A DNA stretch of 64,000 nucleotides, taken from the NCBI GenBank assembly GCA_963753975.1, contig CAVWEH010000006.1:10703-74702 (forward strand), in the 5' to 3' direction. The notes under the pieces are model-generated. The model had not been told where the DNA came from, made no database searches, and worked only from the letters and a program-made list of their open reading frames with translations. Shown here in pieces: positions 20,907-28,851 of this stretch. How positions within the stretch are numbered: position 1 is the first letter of the stretch; the number at the start of each line of letters is the position of its first letter. The position numbers were made by a program, and so were the translations under genes. This DNA is from an uncultured delta proteobacterium. GTDB lineage: Bacteria; Desulfobacterota; Syntrophia; Syntrophales; Smithellaceae.

Positions 20907-21620
20907 TCACATATGATCAATTAGAATCTTAACACCAATGGCTATCAAAACGATACCGCCGAATATTCCCACTTTTTTGCCGAAAATTCCGGCGAGCCCC
21001 TTGCCGAATATCATCCCCACCACCGTCATGAGAAAACAAACGATGCCGATAATGACCGCGGGAAACATTATCTCCGTCTTTAACAAAGAGAAGCTGAATC
21101 CCACTGCCAGCGCATCAATACTCGTGGCAATGGAGAGGAATAACAGCGGCAGCCCTTTGGTCTGATCGTTTATTTCCTTTTCTTCTCCCTTCCTCAATGC
21201 CTCCCAGATCATCCTACAGCCGACGTAAGCCAGAAGCGCAAACGCCACCCAATGATCATAATGGGCAATAATTCCCACGACGGTTAAACCGGCGAGCCAT
21301 CCGATAATCGGCATCACAAACTGAAAAGCTCCGAAAGATGAGGCCAGACGCAAAACAGGCTGCCATGATTTGTTTGTGAAACTCCGATTCCAAAAGCGAA
21401 GACCGGCGGATGCAGGGCGAAGCGCATTGGAATTGGTTAGTTGAACAATCCCGCCAAGCGGAGGGTATGATACCCCGCTGCCTGCTGCGGAATCGGTTTC
21501 TAAATCTTTTCTTGAAGGTTCATACCCGTGCTGATTATTTGCCGCGCCAATACCAATAGCTACAGAAAACGCATCCACACCCAGAGCAACAGCCAAAAGA
21601 AAAATTGTAATTAAATCCAT
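20907..21620 (-). CDS. mntP: Manganese efflux pump MntP with about 53-aa in-frame insertion
   Basis: ALGVDAFSVA, FQFVMPIIGW, DHWVAF, ATSIDALAVG; extra hydrophilic segment at aa 30-82. Confidence 0.9.
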   Translation of the reverse strand: MDLITIFLLAVALGVDAFSVAIGIGAANNQHGYEPSRKDLETDSAAGSGVSYPPLGGIVQLTNSNALRPASAGLRFWNRSFTNKSWQPVLRLASSFGAFQFVMPIIGWLAGLTVVGIIAHYDHWVAFALLAYVGCRMIWEALRKGEEKEINDQTKGLPLLFLSIATSIDALAVGFSFSLLKTEIMFPAVIIGIVCFLMTVVGMIFGKGLAGIFGKKVGIFGGIVLIAIGVKILIDHM

Positions 21621-21629
21621 ACCGGATAA

Positions 21630-23480
21630 TTATTCCCGCTTTTCACTTCTCAAATGAGAATAAATTTTTTCCGCCAGTTCCTTACCAATTCCCGGCACTT
21701 TTTGCAATTCTTCCAGAGTTGCGTTTTCAACTTGTTTAGCGGAACCGAAATGTTTCAGCAGTATCTTCCGACGCGCCTCGCCGATATCAGGAATCTCATC
21801 AAGAATCGAAGAGAGATCGCTCTTTTCTTTTAGTTGATGATGATAGCTTAAAGCAAAACGGTGCGCTTCATCCCGCACACGTTGCAACAGCGCCAAAGCC
21901 TGAGGCCAGGCCTTAAGGTAAACAGGGTCTTTACGCCGCGGCAGATAAACACGATCTTCGGATTTTCCGGTTTTCTTTCTTATGATGCCTTTGCTGGAAA
22001 ATATAGTACGCTCTTCCTTGGCCAAGCCGCTGACATCGACTTTTATTTTCAAATCCCTCAGTACGGAAAGAGCGACATTCAGTTGGCCTTTGCCGCCGTC
22101 AACAACGACTAAATCCGGCAGATTTTCGTCATGGGCAAACCGGCGCGAGAGCACCTCATGCATCATTGCATAATCGTCCGCTTCCGCTATCGTTTTGATC
22201 TGAAAGCGGCGATAACCCGCTTTATCCGGCTCGCCATCCTGAAAGACAACCATTGAGCCCACGGCGTGCTTGCCGCTGATATTGGAGATATCGTAGCATT
22301 CGATTCTTTGCGGTAATTTTGTAAGCGACAATTTCTCGTGCAGAATATGCAGTATTGCCGATTTTTCTTCTTCCTTCTTTTGTCCGGTTTCCCAGAGACT
22401 CTCGGCATTGGCACAGGCCATGTCCAACAAGTTTTTCTTTGAGCCGCGAATAGGAACAGTGAGAATAACCTTCTTCCCCTTTTTATCCGTCAGCCACTCG
22501 GCAATCACGGCTTCATCCGGCAAATGACAGGGAATGATAATTTCTTCCGGCAGAGTTACTTCGGCATCGTAATATTGAGTGAGACTGGAAGAAATAATTT
22601 CCGTTATATCCGCCTTAATTTTCAGCGGCGTAAACGATTTACTGCCCAATAATTTTCCGCCGCGGATAAATAAAATGCATATCTGAAAATAATCCTTGCC
22701 GGCGTAAGCACCCAGCACATCTATATCGTGGCTTTCCGTCCAATCCACGTTTTGTTTTTCCAGAGTTTGTTCGACAGCGCCGATGCGGTCGCGCAAACGC
22801 GCGGCTTCTTCATAATTTAATTTTTGCGAGGCTTCCTGCATTTGCCCTTTGAGATTGGCGATCAATGATTTTCTGCGCCCCTGCAAAAAGGAAACGGAGT
22901 TTTCCACCAATCGGCGGTAAGATTCCTCATCAATTAAATCTTTGCAGGGAGCAAGGCAGCGGCCTATTTGATGTTCGAGGCACGGTCTTTTCCGCAGTTG
23001 GAAATCGTGATCGCGGCAACTGCGCAAAGGAAATATCTGCTGCACGAACTTCAGAGTTTCCTTAGCCGCCGCGCTCGACGGATAGGGGCCGAAATAAAGC
23101 ACGGCCTTATTAAGCCTACGGCGGACAAGCTGCAGCCGGGGAAATTTTTCCACGGGATCAAGGGATAAATGATAATAAGTTTTATCGTCGCGCAAATTGA
23201 CGTTATAACGCGGATGGTGGCGCTTGATTAAATTGTTTTCCAGAATCAGCGCTTCTTTTTCCGTGGCGGTCGTAATGAACTCAATGTCACTTATGCGCGA
23301 CATCAAAAAAGGCGCCATAGGACGAGTATCCTTGCCGGTAAAATAAGAACTGATGCGGCTTTTTAAATTGCCGGCCTTACCGATGTAGATAATCTTCTGC
23401 GCCGAATCCTTCATCAAATAAACGCCGGGACTACGCGGAGCAGTATGTACTTTTTCTTTTAAACAATTATTTTCTTCCAT
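21630..23480 (-). CDS. uvrC: Excinuclease ABC subunit C
   Basis: PGVYLMKD..IYIGKA, EALILE, RIECYDISN, VDGGKGQ, VRDEAHRFA, HhH tail. Confidence 0.98.
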   Translation of the reverse strand: MEENNCLKEKVHTAPRSPGVYLMKDSAQKIIYIGKAGNLKSRISSYFTGKDTRPMAPFLMSRISDIEFITTATEKEALILENNLIKRHHPRYNVNLRDDKTYYHLSLDPVEKFPRLQLVRRRLNKAVLYFGPYPSSAAAKETLKFVQQIFPLRSCRDHDFQLRKRPCLEHQIGRCLAPCKDLIDEESYRRLVENSVSFLQGRRKSLIANLKGQMQEASQKLNYEEAARLRDRIGAVEQTLEKQNVDWTESHDIDVLGAYAGKDYFQICILFIRGGKLLGSKSFTPLKIKADITEIISSSLTQYYDAEVTLPEEIIIPCHLPDEAVIAEWLTDKKGKKVILTVPIRGSKKNLLDMACANAESLWETGQKKEEEKSAILHILHEKLSLTKLPQRIECYDISNISGKHAVGSMVVFQDGEPDKAGYRRFQIKTIAEADDYAMMHEVLSRRFAHDENLPDLVVVDGGKGQLNVALSVLRDLKIKVDVSGLAKEERTIFSSKGIIRKKTGKSEDRVYLPRRKDPVYLKAWPQALALLQRVRDEAHRFALSYHHQLKEKSDLSSILDEIPDIGEARRKILLKHFGSAKQVENATLEELQKVPGIGKELAEKIYSHLRSEKRE

Positions 23481-23536
23481 GTTTATATTTTCCAAAGACT
23501 GATAAATCGTAAAAACCAAATGAGCAAGCAATTTCA

Positions 23537-23678
23537 GACGGCTTTGTAAAAAGTTCCAAAGGCAAAGCACACGAATCTTAAAGTGTAATCCGGTATTCGC
23601 CGGATAAACTCCGCAGATGCTTGCCCGGTCATGATGACCTTCAGGTTACGTATGCCGGGGACTTTTTACGATGTCGTC
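23537..23678. mobile_element. MITE-like element, family A
   Basis: TIRs GACGGCTTTGTAAAAAGT / ACTTTTTACGATGTCGTC. Confidence 0.7.
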
Positions 23679-23713
23679 ATGCTGCTTATAATTGATTTGA
23701 CGACATTATTCAA

Positions 23714-23965
23714 TCAAGTTCTTGTCGGACTATCAGATGGTTGCTTTGGAAAAAAATGACCATTGTCAAAATAAGCCGCGACTTGGCTTATCCATTTTAA
23801 AGCATAATTAACATTATTCTTTTCAAATGCCAATTTAGCATCTGCTACAAGCGGACCATCCATAGTGTCACAATGTGCGGCAGCAAAGCTGCAAATTTCG
23901 AGGGTCAGTACTGTCGCGATAGCGACTGCCAAAAGTATTCGAGTTAACCCTGATTTCTTTTTCAT
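23714..23965 (-). pseudogene. Truncated secreted protein (DUF6448-like N-terminus)
   Basis: Signal peptide then AHCDTMDGPLV...YALKWI; ends abruptly next to the MITE. Confidence 0.55.
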
Positions 23966-24113
23966 TGTGATGTTCCTCATTTGCGTCAAGTTGTTTTGGT
24001 TATTTTTCCTTGTCGCATTTCTTCCAGAACTCATTTATTGATTAACAATGAAGAGCTTTTATATCTGAAGTGATATAATCTCTATGAATAAATGGTAATC
24101 CCTTGATCAAAGC

Positions 24114-24404
24114 TTACCCAGCAATTACCTCGTAAAAATGAGGAGTCGGTAAACCTTCAAACAATTGTTTAACCCGATTGCCTGCTTCTTCATGAATAGC
24201 ACTGCTGTGCAAAGCCATAAATGACTCATAACTCTCGTGTTCTACAACAGCGGCGTAATTACCTTCTTTTAAGGGCTTCAATAGCCGCCTTTTGATAAGG
24301 CCTTCTTGCTTAGCAAATACTTCATTAGACCAGGTAAACCACTTCCTAAACTCATCATCCTTCCCTGCTTTGATCGGTGGAAAATTTATAATAACCACAA
24401 ACAT
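24114..24404 (-). CDS. Antibiotic biosynthesis monooxygenase (ABM)-like protein
   Basis: 96 aa, MFVVIINF...GLIKRRLL...HES.ESF..H; GGAGG RBS. Confidence 0.75.
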   Translation of the reverse strand: MFVVIINFPPIKAGKDDEFRKWFTWSNEVFAKQEGLIKRRLLKPLKEGNYAAVVEHESYESFMALHSSAIHEEAGNRVKQLFEGLPTPHFYEVIAG

Positions 24405-24526
24405 GATAGACACCTCCTTTTTTAGTTTTTCTGATACATTGATATGTTTCACATGCCTTTGAGAAGTGCTTGCTGAAAATACCTACAAGTCAACGAGCAT
24501 GGTGAATATTTTGATGATTTGCGTCA

Positions 24527-25381
24527 TTAAAGCGTTGCATAGGCAATGGCGGAACGTTTGGGGATGTGCAGGTCTGTGGGACGCTGACGGAAGTATCTCT
24601 CTTCGGCTTCTTCGGCGGAGAAAAACACAATGGTCTTGAAACCTGTCTGACGCAGTTTTGTTTCGATTGCCGCGGGGGTAAAGAAGCTGACAAATGGTTC
24701 TCCAACACCGGAGACAATTTTAGACAAGGAAAAATGAAAGCTGCTTTCCGGGCCGGATAATGAATCCGGGGGCTGGGCGAAAGTGAATGTGATTTCGCTC
24801 TCCAACGGAAATTGAGCAATAGTCCGCAGCACTGCGTCAATAGCATCTTCTTGAAGATACATGGTAACGCCCAGCCAGGAAAAAAAAGACGTCTCCGAAA
24901 GCGATACGCCATTGCGCAGGAGTCCATCGCGTAACGATTCATGCTCAAAGTCGATACCGGCAAAGCTCAGATTCGGCGGGATCGCCATGCCGGCTTGCTC
25001 CAAGCGCAGTCGTTTTTGAGCCTGGGTTGCCGGCTGATCCACTTCAAATATCTTCAGCGCTTTTGCCCACGCTGGTTGTCTGTAGGCAAAGGTGTCGAAA
25101 CCCGCTCCCAGGATTACATATTGTGTGATTCCCCGGCCGGCTGCTTCCGCCAGGCGGTCTTCAGCAAAACGCGACCGCAGAACAACGTGCGCGCGCAACG
25201 CGCGCGCTTCCAACGTTTGATGGTGATCCCTGCTGTTATTAATCTGACGGCAGGCATCCTCTCCCAGCAGTGTCAGTGCGGTGGGATCATCCAGAATCAA
25301 AGGCTTGGCGTCCAGCAATTGATGTACCCCCCGCATGAATAATGTTCCTAAGGCTGTGTTGCTGGCATTGCGATCCGCCAT
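24527..25381 (-). CDS. SAM-dependent methyltransferase (LCM/YktD family)
   Basis: QYVILGAGFDTFAYR, FEVDQP, WLGVTMYL. Confidence 0.9.
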   Translation of the reverse strand: MADRNASNTALGTLFMRGVHQLLDAKPLILDDPTALTLLGEDACRQINNSRDHHQTLEARALRAHVVLRSRFAEDRLAEAAGRGITQYVILGAGFDTFAYRQPAWAKALKIFEVDQPATQAQKRLRLEQAGMAIPPNLSFAGIDFEHESLRDGLLRNGVSLSETSFFSWLGVTMYLQEDAIDAVLRTIAQFPLESEITFTFAQPPDSLSGPESSFHFSLSKIVSGVGEPFVSFFTPAAIETKLRQTGFKTIVFFSAEEAEERYFRQRPTDLHIPKRSAIAYATL

Positions 25382-25433
25382 CGTGTAAATGTCCTTTCCC
25401 GTTACAACTTGAAGGTGTGTTATTCGTTGGATG

Positions 25434-25486
25434 GATATGGGGACGGCGCCCGCTTTAAAGAAAACAGGACGCTATCCCTAATTATC
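25434..25486. repeat. REP-like GGGAC/GTCCC-type palindrome, family B
   Basis: ATATGGGGACGGCGCCCGCTTT...AAAACAGGACGCTATCCCTAATTATC; related sites at 26495, 27141, 31546. Confidence 0.6.
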
Positions 25487-25491
25487 GAATG

Positions 25492-26460
25492 TCAATCCTC
25501 AAAGAAGAGACTGTTCTTGACTGGATTCTTGCCGTCAAAGAAAATAGGTATTCCGTCCCACCCCCAAAATGAGCCAGTCGATACTTTCATCGCTTGTATA
25601 TGAAGATGTGGTTGACTCGTCCACCCGGAATTACCCGCTTCTGCAATTGGCTGTCCCTTCTTAACCATATCCCCTACCTTCACCAATATGCTTCCCTTTT
25701 GCAGATGACCCATGAGAACACCGAAGCCGTTTGACTTGATCAAAACATGGTTGCCAACATTGTACGGAGGATTGCCGCTCCACGGAGTCTCATTAGGCCA
25801 TTTGTCTTCGACGTAAGAGACCTCACCATCACAGGGGCTATAGACGTTTTGATTGAATATGGCGTACTTGTCATTTTGCAGGGACAGAAACCCATCGGCG
25901 TCATTACCCCACCGTGTAACTTTCGCGATGTCCACGGCGTATCTCATAGAAAGATTTATACGGGAGCCCTGGTGAATCGATGCACCGTAGTGATAGTTCA
26001 TGAGAGAGCTCACTCTGCCGTTGCCGCCTTCAAAGACCGCGTACGTGCCATGCTTGAATGGAAATGCAAGGTTGACGGGCATCTCATCGTAGAAGTGCGA
26101 CCGGACTGCGCCTACCACGAAATAAACCAGCACTACTGAGATAATAAGTCCGGCACCGTATCCAACCCATCCTGAGAAATCAGGTGTGACGAACAGTGGC
26201 AGACTTTTTACGCGCATGAAGGACTGTATGGTGACCACTACGGTGAGAATGAGAATCGCGTACCGCAGATAGAAGCTTGCGTACACCCACGATCCCAGAA
26301 GGAAGCAAAATGCTGTGTAAGAAATGAGGACCAGTATCTGGAAACCCCATGTCGTTAGACTGGCGTAGCTTCTCGCCCCTGTCCATAGGATCAAAGCAAG
26401 CGGAACGATCAGATGAAGCATTACGATAAGGGTCATCGCAGTAAAATGGCTAAAGCGCAT
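25492..26460 (-). CDS. Membrane-anchored M23 family metallopeptidase
   Basis: N-terminal TM helices; YAVD, GNHV, MGHL, GNSGWTSQPHLHIQ. Confidence 0.88.
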   Translation of the reverse strand: MRFSHFTAMTLIVMLHLIVPLALILWTGARSYASLTTWGFQILVLISYTAFCFLLGSWVYASFYLRYAILILTVVVTIQSFMRVKSLPLFVTPDFSGWVGYGAGLIISVVLVYFVVGAVRSHFYDEMPVNLAFPFKHGTYAVFEGGNGRVSSLMNYHYGASIHQGSRINLSMRYAVDIAKVTRWGNDADGFLSLQNDKYAIFNQNVYSPCDGEVSYVEDKWPNETPWSGNPPYNVGNHVLIKSNGFGVLMGHLQKGSILVKVGDMVKKGQPIAEAGNSGWTSQPHLHIQAMKVSTGSFWGWDGIPIFFDGKNPVKNSLFFED

Positions 26461-26501
26461 ATTATTCCCTCCTTTATTTCCCTGAGCATTAACGGCTATC
26501 C

Positions 26502-27068
26502 TTAATTATCCCTTTCCATATCGAGCATCTTTTTGAACCTTTCCACAAGCGGACCATCCTTGCGCCAGGCATGGCAAGTATTGATAAGAAATTCTAAGAT
26601 CATCCTGGCACGATCAGGATCGAAAACTGCCGGCTTCTTTGATTGATATGCCGCATATCCCTGGACGGCAGCCGGGGCCATTGCCTGGAGGAGCTCCACC
26701 AAATGGGCGCATCCCTTTTTGCCTCCGGCCAAATTTTTTACTTTCGCCGTAAAGCCTTTGGTAATAGTCAATCCCCTTACGGGTGCGAGGCACCCGCTAG
26801 TTTCCCGGCAATCGTCCCTTGGCACAGATATCATGTCCACATCAATATCTTCAATCAAAAGATTAGAACAATTAACCAGCAGTCGTATGGCCATGTGATG
26901 AATGACGCCGCGGGGAAACGTTTCCCCGGTTATCACACGAGATTCCTGAAAACGATCATCTTTGAGGAAACCTTCGACAATTATTTTTTGTCCGTCATAA
27001 TCGTATGTCGTTACTTCTATATTTCGTGTGTGCAGTTTTTCCCCTTTTGATTTCCAAATGGATTGCAT
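26502..27068 (-). CDS. DUF2889 family protein
   Basis: LHTRNIEV, IHHMAIRL, GGKKGCAHLVEL, NTCHAW. Confidence 0.85.
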   Translation of the reverse strand: MQSIWKSKGEKLHTRNIEVTTYDYDGQKIIVEGFLKDDRFQESRVITGETFPRGVIHHMAIRLLVNCSNLLIEDIDVDMISVPRDDCRETSGCLAPVRGLTITKGFTAKVKNLAGGKKGCAHLVELLQAMAPAAVQGYAAYQSKKPAVFDPDRARMILEFLINTCHAWRKDGPLVERFKKMLDMERDN

Positions 27069-27181
27069 TTTATTTTGATTCTCCTATAATATTTTAATCA
27101 GCTAATATCGTCACGGGGTAAATCCGGAAATATTTGATAGGCACTGTCCCAATTATTTCCAGGGGAGCATGATGGGTGTAC

Positions 27182-28291
27182 CTATAGAATCGCCTTTTCC
27201 TCTTTTTCAGTAACGCAGTAAACGCCCTTCCCTTCTCGTCCGGCAAGGAGGCAACGACTGTCGGAGATGCACCGCGCTTTGCTGTGATCTCCGGATTTCC
27301 AGCGGTTGATGAGGCCCGGCTCGCGGATGAACGGGCGCGACATGGAAATATAATCCGCCGTTCCTTCCGCCAAAAGTTTTTCAGTTAATTCAAAGGATCG
27401 AATCCCACCCAGAAGAATCAATGGAATATTAATTTTCTTGCGGAAGGCGCGCGCCTCTTCCTGAAAATAAGCTTCTTTTTCTATACAATCAATTCCTGCG
27501 CGGACCGGTGAAAGTTTTCTTTCTGTGAGCATGCCGCCGCTTACTTCAACGGCGTCCAGACCCGCATCGGCCAGGAGACTTGTTGCTTTGATGGAATCAG
27601 CGAGTGTTAATCCGTTCTCGATGAAATCCTGGCAGTTAATCTTCGCCAGAATGGGGTAATCCAAGCCTACCGCATCTCTCATCGCCTTGTAGACTTCCAG
27701 AATAAACCGCGCCCGATTTTCGATGGAGCCACCGTAAGCATCTTGCCGTCGGTTATAGAAAGGCGATAAAAATTGGCTCAAGAGAAAGCCATGCGCGCCG
27801 TGTATCTGGACACCGTCAAAGCCTGCCGATTTTGCCCGCAAGGCGGCCTTCGCAAAAGCGGAAACAGTTTCCTGAATGTCTTGCAGTGTCATTTCTCGGC
27901 GCGGTGTAGCAGTAAGACCTGCAAAATTAGATGCCACGAAAGGAGGCTTGCCTGTTAACTTCTCGGCGGCAAAGTTTCCGGCGTGAGATAGCTGGGCCAC
28001 AATCTTTCCGCCTGCGCCGTGAACCGCCGTCGTCATCTTCCGTAGACTTTCGATCAATTCATCTTTATACATGCCGATCTGTCCGCCTGAGGCCCGTCCC
28101 TCGGTGCTCACGAAGCAGTGACTGGTGATGATCAGGCCTACGCCGCCTTCGGCAAATGCCTTCATCAGCTTGATTAGTTTTTCGGTGGGAGCGCCTGCGT
28201 CATCGGCCATTCCCTCCCACGTTGCCGCCCGGACAAAGCGATTGGATAATCTCATCCCATTGATGGCGCTCTCTTCAAATAATTCTTTCAT
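27182..28291 (-). CDS. NADH:flavin oxidoreductase (Old Yellow Enzyme family)
   Basis: LSNRFVRAAT, QLSHAG, GFDGVQIHGAHGFLLSQFLSP, YGGSIENRAR. Confidence 0.93.
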   Translation of the reverse strand: MKELFEESAINGMRLSNRFVRAATWEGMADDAGAPTEKLIKLMKAFAEGGVGLIITSHCFVSTEGRASGGQIGMYKDELIESLRKMTTAVHGAGGKIVAQLSHAGNFAAEKLTGKPPFVASNFAGLTATPRREMTLQDIQETVSAFAKAALRAKSAGFDGVQIHGAHGFLLSQFLSPFYNRRQDAYGGSIENRARFILEVYKAMRDAVGLDYPILAKINCQDFIENGLTLADSIKATSLLADAGLDAVEVSGGMLTERKLSPVRAGIDCIEKEAYFQEEARAFRKKINIPLILLGGIRSFELTEKLLAEGTADYISMSRPFIREPGLINRWKSGDHSKARCISDSRCLLAGREGKGVYCVTEKEEKAIL

Positions 28292-28300
28292 TTTATCTCC

Positions 28301-28738
28301 CTATTTCAATTGAGCTGCGATTACATTGTTTAAAGCTTTTTGCGCGGCAATGAGTTTTTCATATTTGGATTTTATTTTTTTCACATCCCCTGATTGAATC
28401 GCCTTCAAGAGATCGCCCTCAATTTCGGCAATATCCAGCCTTTCATAGTAATCCATCGTTTCTTTGAGGTGGGCGAGGACAATTTTGCCCGTAAGAATCG
28501 GATGATTATTGGTGACATTGGCATCGCTGAATCTCGTCCCGTGCTCCAGTTCGACTTCCAGGCCTACGCGGAATTCCTCAAGCGGAATAGGCATATTCTC
28601 TACATTGACAATCGCAAGAATCTTTTTCGCCTCGTCAGCGGAAACGACCGCGTCTTTCTTTTTTGACCAATCATCCAACCCGATCTCCGCACACACCCTT
28701 CCGACTTCTTTGGCTGTTACATATTCCGGCAATATCAT
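28301..28738 (-). CDS. DUF5661-like protein
   Basis: GLEVELEHG...NVT...GKIVLAHLKE..DYYERL. Confidence 0.75.
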   Translation of the reverse strand: MILPEYVTAKEVGRVCAEIGLDDWSKKKDAVVSADEAKKILAIVNVENMPIPLEEFRVGLEVELEHGTRFSDANVTNNHPILTGKIVLAHLKETMDYYERLDIAEIEGDLLKAIQSGDVKKIKSKYEKLIAAQKALNNVIAAQLK

Positions 28739-28851
28739 GATTTTCTCCTTTCTTAATAAACATGGGACTGCTTCACCTGCAACTCAACAACAATGGTGAA
28801 TAAAATATTTTGAGGATTTGTGTTTGAAATGTTTGATCAAAAACGTTCTAC

